From positions 14,756,001-14,820,000 of the forward strand of contig OZ024740.1 of the NCBI GenBank assembly GCA_964016885.1: a stretch of DNA of 64,000 nt. Direction: 5' to 3'. This stretch comes from Eledone cirrhosa (lineage: Eukaryota). The notes under the pieces are model-generated. The model was not told where the DNA came from and searched no databases. It saw only the letters and a list, made by a program, of their open reading frames with translations. The position numbers were made by a program, and so were the translations under genes. Below are positions 26,420 to 39,750 of the stretch, piece by piece (the stretch's first letter is position 1; the number at the start of each line of letters is the position of its first letter).

Positions 26420-29400
26420 AAAGGAATCAAAGCCAGAATATGGAAAGTCCTCGAATGAAAGGAATCAAAGCCAGAATATGGAAAGTCCTCGAATGAAAGG
26501 AATCAAAGCCAGAATATGGAAAGTCCTCGAATGAGAGGAATCAAAGCCAGAATATGGAAAGTCCTCGAATGAGAGGAATCAAAGCCAGAATATGGAAAGT
26601 CCTCAAATGAGAGGAATCAAAGCCAGAATATGGAAAGTCCTCAAATGAAAGGAATCAAAGCCAGAATATGGAAAGTCCTCGAATGAGAGGAATCAAAGCC
26701 AGAATATGGAAAGTCCTCGAATGAGGGGAATCAAAGCCAGAATATGGAAAGTCCCCGAATGAAAGGAATCAAAGCCAGAATATGGAAAGTCCTCGAATGA
26801 AAGAAATCAAAGCCAGAATATGGAAAGTCCTCGAATGAAAGGAATCAAAGCCAGAATATGGAAGGTCCTCAAATGAAAGGAATCAAAGCCAGAATATGGA
26901 AAGTCCTCGAATGAAAGGAATCAAACCCAGAATATGGAAAGTCCTCAAATGAAAGGAATCAAAGCCAGAATATGGAAAGTCCTCGAATGAAAGGAATCAA
27001 AGCCAGAATATGGAAAGTCCTCGAATGAAAGGAATCAAAGCCAGAATATGGAAAGTCCTCGAATGAAAGGAATCAAAGCCAGAATATGGAAAGTCCTCGA
27101 ATGAAAGGAATCAAAGCCAGAATATGGAAAGTCCTCGAATGAAAGGAATCAAAGCCAGAATATGGAAAGTCCTCAAATGAAAGGAATCAAAGCCAGAATA
27201 TGGAAAGTCCTCGAATAAAAGGAATCAAAGCCAGAATATGGAAAGTCCTCAATTGAAAGGAATCAAAGCCAGAATATGGAAAGTCCTCAAATGAAAGGAA
27301 TCAAAGCCAGAATATGGAAAGTCCTCAAATGAAAGGAATCAAAGCCAGAATATGGAAAGTCCTCGAATGAAAGGAACCAAAGCCAGAATATGGAAAGTCC
27401 TCGAATGAAAGGAATCAAAGCCAGAATATGGAAAGTCCTCGAATGAAAGGAATCAAAGCCAGAATATGGAAAGTCCTCAAATGAAAGGAATCAAAGCCAG
27501 AATATGGAAAGTCCTCAAATGAAAGGAATCAAAGCCAGAATATGGAAAGTCCTCAAATGAAAGGAATCAAAGCCAGAATATGGAAAGTCCTCAAATGAAA
27601 GGAATCAAAGGCAGAATATGGAAAGTCCTCGAATGAAAGGAATCAAAGCCAGAATATGGAAAGTCCTCGAATGAGAGGAATCAAAGCCAGAATATGGAAA
27701 GTCCTCGAATGAGAGGAATCAAAGCCAGAATATGGAAAGTCCTCGAATGAGAGGAATCAAAGCCAGAATATGGAAAGTCCTCAAATGAAAGGAATCAAAG
27801 CCAGAATATGGAAACTCCTCGAATGAAAGGAATCAAAGCCAGAATATGGAAAGTCCTCGAATGAGAGGAATCAAAGCCAGAATATGGAAAGTCCTCGAAT
27901 GAGGGGAATCAAAGCCAGAATATGGAAAGTCCTCGAATGAAAGGAATCAAAGCCAGAATATGGAAAGTCCTCGAATGAAAGAAATCAAAGCCAGAATATG
28001 GAAAGTCCTCGAATGAAAGGAATCAAAGCCAGAATATGGAAGGTCCTCAAATGAAAGGAATCAAAGCCAGAATATGGAAAGTCCTCGAATGAAAGGAATC
28101 AAACCCAGAATATGGAAAGTCCTCAAATGAAAGGAATCAAAGCCAGAATATGGAAAGTCCTCGAATGAAAGGAAACAAAGCCAGAATATGGAAAGTCCTC
28201 AAATGAAAGGAATCAAAGCCAGAATATGGAAAGTCCTCGAATGAAAGGAATCAAAGCCAGAATATGGAAAGTCCTCGAATGAAAGGAATCAAAGCCAGAA
28301 TATGGAAAGTCCTCAAATGAAAGGAATCAAAGCCAGAATATGGAAAGTCCTCAAATGAAAGGAATCAAAGCCAGAATATGGAAAGTCCTCGAATGAAAGG
28401 AATCAAAGCCAGAATATGGAAAGTCCTCAATTGAAAGGAATCAAAGCCAGAATATGGAAAGTCCTCAAATGAAAGGAATCAAAGCCAGAATATGGAAAGT
28501 CCTCAAATGAAAGGAATCAAAGCCAGAATATGGAAAGTCCTCAAATGAAAGGAATCAAAGCCAGAATATGGAAAGTCCTCAAATGAAAGGAATCAAAGCC
28601 AGAATATGGAAAGTCCTGGAATGAAAGGAATCAAAGCCAGAATATGGAAAGTCCTCGAATGAAAGGAATCAAAGCCAGAATATGGAAAGTCCTGGAATGA
28701 AAGGAATCAAAGCCAGAATATGGAAAGTCCTCGAATGAAAGGAATCAAAGCCAGAATATGGAAAGTCCTCGAATGAAAGGAATCAAAGCCAGAATATGGA
28801 AAGTCCTCAAATGAAAGGAATCAAAGCCAGAATATGGAAAGTCCTGGAATGAAAGGAATCAAAGCCAGAATATGGAAAGTCCTCAAATGAAAGGAATCAA
28901 AGCCAGAATATGGAAAGTCCTCAAATGAAAGGAATCAAAGCCAGAATATGGAAAGTCCTCAAATGAAAGGAATCAAAGCCAGAATATGGAAAGTCCTGGA
29001 ATGAAAGGAACCAAAGCCAGAATATGGAAAGTCCTCAAATGAAAGGAATCAAAGCCAGAATATGGAAAGTCCTCAAATGAAAGGAATCAAAGCCAGAATA
29101 TGGAAAGTCCTCAAATGAAAGGAATCAAAGCCAGAATATGGAAAGTCCTCAAATGAAAGGAATCAAAGCCAGAATATGGAAAGTCCTCGAATAAAAGGAA
29201 TCAAAGCCAGAATATGGAAAGTCCTCAATTGAAAGGAATCAAAGCCAGAATATGGAAAGTCCTCAAATCAAATGAATCAAAGCCAGAATATGGAAAGCCC
29301 TCAAATGAAAGGAATCAAAGCCAGAATATGGAAAGTCCTCGAATGAAAGGAACCAAAGCCAGAATATGGAAAGTCCTCGAATGAAAGGAATCAAAGCCAG

Positions 29401-30580
29401 AATATGGAAAGTCCTCAAATGAAAGGAATCAAAGCCAGAATATGGAAAGTCCTCAAATGAAAGGAATCAAAGCCAGAATATGGAAAGTCCTCAAATGAAA
29501 GGAATCAAAGCCAGAATATGGAAAGTCCTCAAATGAAAGGAATCAAAGCCAGAATATGGAAAGTCCTCAAATGAAAGGAATCAAAGCCAGAATATGGAAA
29601 GTCCTGGAATGAAAGGAATCAAAGCCAGAATATGGAAAGTCCTGGAATGAAAGGAATCAAAGCCAGAATATGGAAAGTCCTGGAATGAAAGGAATCAAAG
29701 CCAGAATATGGAAAGTCCTCGAATGAAAGGAATCAAAGCCAGAATATGGAAAGTCCTCGAATGAAAGGAATCAAAGCCTGAATATGGAAAGTCCTCAAAT
29801 GAAAGGAATCAAAGCCAGAATATGGAAAGTCCTCGAATGAAAGGAATCAAAGCCAGAATATGGAAAGTCCTCAAATGAAAGGAATCAAAGCCAGAATATG
29901 GAAAGTCCTCAAATGAAAGGAATCAAAGCCAGAATATGGAAAGTCCTCGAATGAAAGGAACCAAAGCCAGAATATGGAAAGTCCTCAAATGAAAGGAATC
30001 AAAGCCAGAATATGGAAAGTCCTCGAATGAAAGGAATCAAAGCCAGAATATGGAAAGTCCTCGAATGAAAGGAATCAAAGCCAGAATATGGAAAGTCCTC
30101 GAATGAGAGGAATCAAAGCCAGAATATGGAAAGTCCTCGAATGAGAGGAATCAAAGCCAGAATATCGAAAGTCCTCAAATGAGAGGAATCAAAGCCAGAA
30201 TATGGAAAGTCCTCAAATGAAAGGAATCAAAGCCAGAATATGGAAAGTCCTCGAATGAGAGGAATCAAAGCCAGAATATGGAAAGTCCTCGAATGAGGGG
30301 AATCAAAGCCAGAATATGGAAAGTCCCCGAATGAAAGGAATCAAAGCCAGAATATGGAAAGTCCTCGAATGAAAGAAATCAAAGCCAGAATATAGAAAGT
30401 CCTCGAATGAAAGGAATCAAAGCCAGAATATGGAAGGTCCTCAAATGAAAGGAATCAAAGCCAGAATATGGAAAGTCCTCGAATGAAAGGAATCAAACCC
30501 AGAATATGGAAAGTCCTCAAATGAAAGGAATCAAAGCCAGAATATGGAAAGTCCTCGAATGAAAGGAATCAAAGCCAGAA
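26420..30580 (+). repeat. ~4.2-kb block duplicated 12,540 bp (330 monomers) downstream, copy 1
   Basis: AAAGGCAG ~27607/40147, AAAGCCTG ~29773/42313, TATCGAAA ~30163/42703 and TATAGAAA 30391/42931 all show offset 12540 = 330x38. Confidence 0.9.
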
Positions 30581-31799
30581 TATGGAAAGTCCTCAAATGA
30601 AAGGAATCAAAGCCAGAATATGGAAAGTCCTCGAATGAAAGGAATCAAAGCCAGAATATGGAAAGTCCTCGAATGAAAGGAATCAAAGCCAGAATATGGA
30701 AAGTCCTCAAATGAAAGGAATCAAAGCCAGAATATGGAAAGTCCTCAAATGAAAGGAATCAAAGCCAGAATATGGAAAGTCCTCGAATGAAAGGAATCAA
30801 AGCCAGAATATGGAAAGTCCTCAATTGAAAGGAATCAAAGCCAGAATATGGAAAGTCCTCAAATGAAAGGAATCAAAGCCAGAATATGGAAAGTCCTCAA
30901 ATGAAAGGAATCAAAGCCAGAATATGGAAAGTCCTCAAATGAAAGGAATCAAAGCCAGAATATGGAAAGTCCTCAAATGAAAGGAATCAAAGCCAGAATA
31001 TGGAAAGTCCTCGAATGAAAGGAATCAAAGCCAGAATATGGAAAGTCCTCGAATGAGAGGAATCAAAGCCAGAATATGGAAAGTCCTCGAATGAGAGGAA
31101 TCAAAGCCAGAATATGGAAAGTCCTCGAATGAGAGGAATCAAAGCCAGAATATGGAAAGTCCTCAAATGAAAGGAATCAAAGCCAGAATATGGAAACTCC
31201 TCGAATGAAAGGAATCAAAGCCAGAATATGGAAAGTCCTCGAATGAAAGGAATCAAAGCCAGAATATGGAAAGTCCTCGAATGAGAGGAATCAAAGCCAG
31301 AATATGGAAAGTCCTCGAATGAGGGGAATCAAAGCCAGAATATGGAAAGTCCTCGAATGAAAGGAATCAAAGCCAGAATATGGAAAGTCCTCGAATGAAA
31401 GAAATCAAAGCCAAAATATGGAAAGTCCTCGAATGAAAGGAATCAAAGCCAGAATATGGAAGGTCCTCAAATGAAAGGAATCAAAGCCAGAATATGGAAA
31501 GTCCTCGAATGAAAGGAATCAAACCCAGAATATGGAAAGTCCTCAAATGAAAGGAATCAAAGCCAGAATATGGAAAGTCCTCGAATGAAAGGAAACAAAG
31601 CCAGAATATGGAAAGTCCTCAAATGAAAGGAATCAAAGCCAGAATATGGAAAGTCCTCGAATGAAAGGAATCAAAGCCAGAATATGGAAAGTCCTCGAAT
31701 GAAAGGAATCCAAGCCAGAATATGGAAAGTCCTCAAATGAAAGGAATCAAAGCCAGAATATGGAAAGTCCTCAAATGAAAGGAATCAAAGCCAGAATAT

Positions 31800-34250
31800 G
31801 GAAAGTCCTCGAATGAAAGGAATCAAAGCCAGAATATGGAAAGTCCTCAAATGAAAGGAATCAAAGCCAGAATATGGAAAGTCCTCGAGTGAAAGGAATC
31901 AAAGCCAGAATATGGAAACTCCTCGAATGAAAGGAATCAAAGACAGAATATGGAAAGTCCTCGAATGAAAGGAATCAAAGCCAGAATATGGAAAGTCCTC
32001 GAATGAGAGGAATCAAAGCCAGAATATGGAAAGTCCTCGAATGAGGGGAATCAAAGCCAGAATATGGAAAGTCCTCGAATGAAAGGAATCAAAGCCAGAA
32101 TATGGAAAGTCCACGAATGAAAGGAATCAAAGCCAGAATATGGAAAGTCCTCGAATGAAAGGAATCAAAGCCAGAATATGGAAAGTCCTCGAATGAAAGG
32201 AATCAAAGCCAGAATATGGAAAGTCCTCAAATGAAAGGAATTAAAGCCAGAATATGGAAAGTCCTCGAATGAAAGGAATCAAAGCCAGAATATGGAAAGT
32301 CCTCGAATGAAAGGAATCAAAGCCAGAATATGGAAAGTCCTCAAATGAGAGGAATCAAAGCCAGAATATGGAAAGTCCTCCAATGAGAGGAATCAAAGCC
32401 AGAATATGGAAAGTCCTCAAATGAAAGGAATCAAAGCCAGAATATGGAAAGTCCTCGAATGAAAGGAATCAAAGCCAGAATATGGAAACTCCTCGAATGA
32501 AAGGAATCAAAGCCAGAATATGGAAAGTCCTCGAATGAAAGGAATCAAAGCCAGAATATGGAAAGTCCTCGAATGAGAGGAATCAAAGCCAGAATATGGA
32601 AAGTCCTCGAATGAGGGGAATCAAAGCCAGAATATGGAAAGTCCTCAAATGAAAGGAATCAAAGCCAGAATATGGAAAGTCCTCGAATGAGGGGAATCAA
32701 AGCCAGAATATGGAAAGTCCTCGAATGAAAGGAATCAAAGCCAGAATATGGAAAGTCCACGAATGAAAGGAATCAAAGCCAGAATATGGAAAGTCCTCGA
32801 ATGAAAGGAATCAAAGCCAGAATATGGAAAGTCCTCGAATGAAAGGAATCAAAGCCAGAATATGGAAAGTCCTCAAATGAAAGGAATTAAAGCCAGAATA
32901 TGGAAAGTCCTCGAATGAAAGGAATCAAAGCCAGAATATGGAAAGTCCTCGAATGAAAGGAATCAAAGCCAGAATATGGAAAGTCCTCGAATGAAAGGAA
33001 TCAAAGCCAGAATATGGAAAGTCCTCAAATGAAAGGAATCAAAGCCAGAATATGGAAAGTCCTCGAGTGAAAGGAATCAAAGCCAGAATATGGAAACTCC
33101 TCGAATGAAAGGAATCAAAGACAGAATATGGAAAGTCCTCGAATGAAAGGAATCAAAGCCAGAATATGGAAAGTCCTCGAATGAGAGGAATCAAAGCCAG
33201 AATATGGAAAGTCCTCGAATGAGGGGAATCAAAGCCAGAATATGGAAAGTCCTCGAATGAAAGGAATCAAAGCCAGAATATGGAAAGTCCACGAATGAAA
33301 GGAATCAAAGCCAGAATATGGAAAGTCCTCGAATGAAAGGAATCAAAGCCAGAATATGGAAAGTCCTCGAATGAAAGGAATCAAAGCCAGAATATGGAAA
33401 GTCCTCAAATGAAAGGAATTAAAGCCAGAATATGGAAAGTCCTCGAATGAAAGGAATCAAAGCCAGAATATGGAAAGTCCTCGAATGAAAGGAATCAAAG
33501 CCAGAATATGGAAAGTCCTCAAATGAAAGGAATTAAAGCCAGAATATGGAAAGTCCTCGAATGAAAGGAATCAAAGCCAGAATATGGAAAGTCCTCGAAT
33601 GAAAGGAATCAAAGCCAGAATATGGAAAGTCCTCGAATGAAAGGAATCAAAGCCAGAATATGGAAAGTCCTCAAATGAAAGGAATCAAAGCCAGAATATG
33701 GAAAGTCCTCGAGTGAAAGGAATCAAAGCCAGAATATGGAAACTCCTCGAATGAAAGGAATCAAAGACAGAATATGGAAAGTCCTCGAATGAAAGGAATC
33801 AAAGCCAGAATATGGAAAGTCCTCGAATGAGAGGAATCAAAGCCAGAATATGGAAAGTCCTCGAATGAGGGGAATCAAAGCCAGAATATGGAAAGTCCTC
33901 GAATGAAAGGAATCAAAGCCAGAATATGGAAAGTCCACGAATGAAAGGAATCAAAGCCAGAATATGGAAAGTCCTCGAATGAAAGGAATCAAAGCCAGAA
34001 TATGGAAAGTCCTCGAATGAAAGGAATCAAAGCCAGAATATGGAAAGTCCTCAAATGAAAGGAATTAAAGCCAGAATATGGAAAGTCCTCGAATGAAAGG
34101 AATCAAAGCCAGAATATGGAAAGTCCTCGAATGAAAGGAATCAAAGCCAGAATATGGAAAGTCCTCAAATGAGAGGAATCAAAGCCAGAATATGGAAAGT
34201 CCTCCAATGAGAGGAATCAAAGCCAGAATATGGAAAGTCCTCAAATGAAA
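31800..34250 (+). repeat. Nested short duplications (31- and 17-monomer offsets) of the GAGTG/AAACTCC/AAAGACAG cassette
   Basis: GAGTG occurs at 31887, 33065 and 33711 (offsets 1178 = 31x38 and 646 = 17x38). CCTCCA occurs at 32377/34201 (1824 = 48x38). Confidence 0.85.
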
Positions 34251-36809
34251 GGAATCAAAGCCAGAATATGGAAAGTCCTCGAATGAAAGGAATCAAAGCC
34301 AGAATATGGAAACTCCTCGAATGAAAGGAATCAAAGCCAGAATATGGAAAGTCCTCGAATGAAAGGAATCAAAGCCAGAATATGGAAAGTCCTCGAATGA
34401 GAGGAATCAAAGCCAGAATATGGAAAGTCCTCGAATGAGGGGAATCAAAGCCAGAATATGGAAAGTCCTCAAATGAAAGGAATCAAAGCCAGAATATGGA
34501 AAGTCCTCGAATGAGGGGAATCAAAGCCAGAATATGGAAAGTCCTCGAATGAAAGGAATCAAAGCCAGAATATGGAAAGTCCACGAATGAAAGGAATCAA
34601 AGCCAGAATATGGAAAGTCCTCGAATGAAAGGAATCAAAGCCAGAATATGGAAAGTCCTCGAATGAAAGGAATCAAAGCCAGAATATGGAAAGTCCTCAA
34701 ATGAAAGGAATTAAAGCCAGAATATGGAAAGTCCTCGAATGAAAGGAATCAAAGCCAGAATATGGAAAGTCCTCGAATGAAAGGAATCAAAGCCAGAATA
34801 TGGAAAGTCCTCGAATGAAAGGAATCAAAGCCAGAATATGGAAAGTCCTCAAATCAAAGGAATCAAAGCCAGAATATGGAAAGTCCTCAAATGAAAGGAA
34901 TCAAAGCCAGAATATGGAAAGTCCTCAAATGAAAGGAATCAAAGCCAGAATATGGAAAGTCCTCAAATGAAAGGAATCAAAGCCAGAATATGGAAAGTCC
35001 TCGAATGAAAGGAATCAAAGCCAGAATATGGAAAGTCCTCGAATGAGAGGAATCAAAGCCAGAATATGGAAAGTCCTCGAATGAGAGGAATCAAAGCCAG
35101 AATATGGAAAGTCCTCGAATGAGAGGAATCAAAGCCAGAATATGGAAAGTCCTCAAATGAAAGGAATCAAAGCCAGAATATGGAAACTCCTCGAATGAAA
35201 GGAATCAAAGCCAGAATATGGAAAGTCCTCGAATGAAAGGAATCAAAGCCAGAATATGGAAAGTCCTCGAATGAGAGGAATCAAAGCCAGAATATGGAAA
35301 GTCCTCGAATGAGGGGAATCAAAGCCAGAATATGGAAAGTCCTCGAATGAAAGGAATCAAAGCCAGAATATGGAAAGTCCTCGAATGAAAGAAATCAAAG
35401 CCAGAATATGGAAAGTCCTCGAATGAAAGGAATCAAAGCCAGAATATGGAAGGTCCTCAAATGAAAGGAATCAAAGCCAGAATATGGAAAGTCCTCGAAT
35501 AAAAGGAATCAAACCCAGAATATGGAAAGTCCTCAAATGAAAGGAATCAAAGCCAGAATATGGAAAGTCCTCGAATGAAAGGAAACAAAGCCAGAATATG
35601 GAAAGTCCTCAAATGAAAGGAATCAAAGCCAGAATATGGAAAGTCCTCGAATGAAAGGAATCAAAGCCAGAATATGGAAAGTCCTCGAATGAAAGGAATC
35701 AAAGCCAGAATATGGAAAGTCCTCAAATGAAAGGAATCAAAGCCAGAATATGGAAAGTCCTCAAATGAAAGGAATCAAAGCCAGAATATGGAAAGTCCTC
35801 GAATGAAAGGAATCAAAGCCAGAATATGGAAAGTCCTCAATTGAAAGGAATCAAAGCCAGAATATGGAAAGTCCTCAAATGAAAGGAATCAAAGCCAGAA
35901 TATGGAAAGTCCTCAAATGAAAGGAATCAAAGCCAGAATATGGAAAGTCCTCAAATGAAAGGAATCAAAGCCAGAATATGGAAAGTCCTCAAATGAAAGG
36001 AATCAAAGCCAGAATATGGAAAGTCCTGGAATGAAAGGAATCAAAGCCAGAATATGGAAAGTCCTCGAATGAAAGGAATCAAAGCCAGAATATGGAAAGT
36101 CCTGGAATGAAAGGAATCAAAGCCAGAATATGGAAAGTCCTCGAATGAAAGGAATCAAAGCCAGAATATGGAAAGTCCTCGAATGAAAGGAATCAAAGCC
36201 AGAATATGGAAAGTCCTCAAATGAAAGGAATCAAAGCCAGAATATGGAAAGTCCTGGAATGAAAGGAATCAAAGCCAGAATATGGAAAGTCCTCAAATGA
36301 AAGGAATCAAAGCCAGAATATGGAAAGTCCTCAAATGAAAGGAATCAAAGCCAGAATATGGAAAGTCCTCAAATGAAAGGAATCAAAGCCAGAATATGGA
36401 AAGTCCTCGAATGAAAGGAACCAAAGCCAGAATATGGAAAGTCCTCAAATGAAAGGAATCAAAGCCAGAATATGGAAAGTCCTCAAATGAAAGGAATCAA
36501 AGCCAGAATATGGAAAGTCCTCAAATGAAAGGAATCAAAGCCAGAATATGGAAAGTCCTCAAATGAAAGGAATCAAAGCCAGAATATGGAAAGTCCTTGA
36601 ATAAAAGGAATCAAAGCCAGAATATGGAAAATCCTCAATTGAAAGGAATCAAAGCCAGAATATGGAAAGTCCTCAAATCAAAGGAATCAAAGCCAGAATA
36701 TGGAAAGCCCTCAAATGAAAGGAATCAAAGCCAGAATATGGAAAGTCCTCGAATGAAAGGAACCAAAGCCAGAATATGGAAAGTCCTCGAATGAAAGGAA
36801 TCAAAGCCA

Positions 36810-39750
36810 GAATATGGAAAGTCCTCAAATGAAAGGAATCAAAGCCAGAATATGGAAAGTCCTCAAATGAAAGGAATCAAAGCCAGAATATGGAAAGTCC
36901 TCAAATGAAAGGAATCAAAGCCAGAATATGGAAAGTCCTCAAATGAAAGGAATCAAAGCCAGAATATGGAAAGTCCTCAAATGAAAGGAATCAAAGCCAG
37001 AATATGGAAAGTCCTGGAATGAAAGGAATCAAAGCCAGAATATGGAAAGTCCTCGAATGAAAGGAATCAAAGCCAGAATATGGAAAGTCCTGGAATGAAA
37101 GGAATCAAAGCCAGAATATGGAAAGTCCTCGAATGAAAGGAATCAAAGCCAGAATATGGAAAGTCCTCGAATGAAAGGAATCAAAGCCAGAATATGGAAA
37201 GTCCTCAAATGAAAGGAATCAAAGCCAGAATATGGAAAGTCCGCGAATGAAAGGAATCAAAGCCAGAATATTGAAAGTCCTCAAATGAAAGGAATCAAAG
37301 CCAGAATATGGAAAGTCCTCAAATGAAAGGAATCAAAGCCAGAATATGGAAAGTCCTCGAATGAAAGGAACCAAAGCCAGAATATGGAAAGTCCTCAAAT
37401 GAAAGGAATCAAAGCCAGAATATGGAAAGTCCTCGAATGAAAGGAATCAAAGCCAGAATATGGAAAGTCCTCGAATGAAAGGAATCAAAGCCAGAATATG
37501 GAAAGTCCTCGAATGAGAGGAATCAAAGCCAGAATATGGAAAGTCCTCGAATGAGAGGAATCAAAGCCAGAATATGGAAAGTCCTCAAATGAGAGGAATC
37601 AAAGCCAGAATATGGAAAGTCCTCAAATGAAAGGAATCAAAGCCAGAATATGGAAAGTCCTCGAATGAGAGGAATCAAAGCCAGAATATGGAAAGTCCTC
37701 GAATGAGGGGAATCAAAGCCAGAATATGGAAAGTCCCCGAATGAAAGGAATCAAAGCCAGAATATGGAAAGTCCTCGAATGAAAGAAATCAAAGCCAGAA
37801 TATGGAAAGTCCTCGAATGAAAGGAATCAAAGCCAGAATATGGAAGGTCCTCAAATGAAAGGAATCAAAGCCAGAATATGGAAAGTCCTCGAATGAAAGG
37901 AATCAAACCCAGAATATGGAAAGTCCTCAAATGAAAGGAATCAAAGCCAGAATATGGAAAGTCCTCGAATGAAAGGAATCAAAGCCAGAATATGGAAAGT
38001 CCTCGAATGAAAGGAATCAAAGCCAGAATATGGAAAGTCCTCGAATGAAAGGAATCAAAGCCAGAATATGGAAAGTCCTCGAATGAAAGGAATCAAAGCC
38101 AGAATATGGAAAGTCCTCGAATGAAAGGAATCAAAGCCAGAATATGGAAAGTCCTCAAATGAAAGGAATCAAAGCCAGAATATGGAAAGTCCTCAAATGA
38201 AAGGAATCAAAGCCAGAATATGGAAAGTCCTCAAATGAAAGGAATCAAAGCCAGAATATGGAAAGTCCTCGAATGAAAGGAACCAAAGCCAGAATATGGA
38301 AAGTCCTCAAATGAAAGGAATCAAAGCCAGAATATGGAAAGTCCTCAAATGAAAGGAATCAAAGCCAGAATATGGAAAGTCCTCAAATGAAAGGAATCAA
38401 AGCCAGAATATGGAAAGTCCTCAAATGAAAGGAATCAAAGCCAGAATATGGAAAGTCCTCAAATGAAAGGAATCAAAGCCAGAATATGGAAAGTCCTCAA
38501 ATGAAAGGAATCAAAGCCAGAATATGGAAAGTCCTCAAATGAAAGGAATCAAAGCCAGAATATGGAAAGTCCTGGAATGAAAGGAATCAAAGCCAGAATA
38601 TGGAAAGTCCTCGAATGAAAGGAATCAAAGCCAGAATATGGAAAGTCCTGGAATGAAAGGAATCAAAGCCAGAATATGGAAAGTCCTCGAATGAAAGGAA
38701 TCAAAGCCAGAATATGGAAAGTCCTCGAATGAAAGGAATCAAAGCCAGAATATGGAAAGTCCTCAAATGAAAGGAATCAAAGCCAGAATATGGAAAGTCC
38801 GCGAATGAAAGGAATCAAAGCCAGAATATTGAAAGTCCTCAAATGAAAGGAATCAAAGCCAGAATATGGAAAGTCCTCAAATGAAAGGAATCAAAGCCAG
38901 AATATGGAAAGTCCTCGAATGAAAGGAACCAAAGCCAGAATATGGAAAGTCCTCAAATGAAAGGAATCAAAGCCAGAATATGGAAAGTCCTCGAATGAAA
39001 GGAATCAAAGCCAGAATATGGAAAGTCCTCGAATGAAAGGAATCAAAGCCAGAATATGGAAAGTCCTCGAATGAGAGGAATCAAAGCCAGAATATGGAAA
39101 GTCCTCGAATGAGAGGAATCAAAGCCAGAATATGGAAAGTCCTCAAATGAGAGGAATCAAAGCCAGAATATGGAAAGTCCTCAAATGAAAGGAATCAAAG
39201 CCAGAATATGGAAAGTCCTCGAATGAGAGGAATCAAAGCCAGAATATGGAAAGTCCTCGAATGAGGGGAATCAAAGCCAGAATATGGAAAGTCCCCGAAT
39301 GAAAGGAATCAAAGCCAGAATATGGAAAGTCCTCGAATGAAAGAAATCAAAGCCAGAATATGGAAAGTCCTCGAATGAAAGGAATCAAAGCCAGAATATG
39401 GAAGGTCCTCAAATGAAAGGAATCAAAGCCAGAATATGGAAAGTCCTCGAATGAAAGGAATCAAACCCAGAATATGGAAAGTCCTCAAATGAAAGGAATC
39501 AAAGCCAGAATATGGAAAGTCCTCGAATGAAAGGAATCAAAGCCAGAATATGGAAAGTCCTCGAATGAAAGGAATCAAAGCCAGAATATGGAAAGTCCTC
39601 GAATGAAAGGAATCAAAGCCAGAATATGGAAAGTCCTCGAATGAAAGGAATCAAAGCCAGAATATGGAAAGTCCTCGAATGAAAGGAATCAAAGCCAGAA
39701 TATGGAAAGTCCTCAAATGAAAGGAATCAAAGCCAGAATATGGAAAGTCC
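36810..39750 (+). repeat. Tandem duplication, 41-monomer (1558 bp) unit
   Basis: CCGCG occurs at 37241/38799 and CCCCG at 37735/39293. The offset is 1558 = 41x38. Confidence 0.9.
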
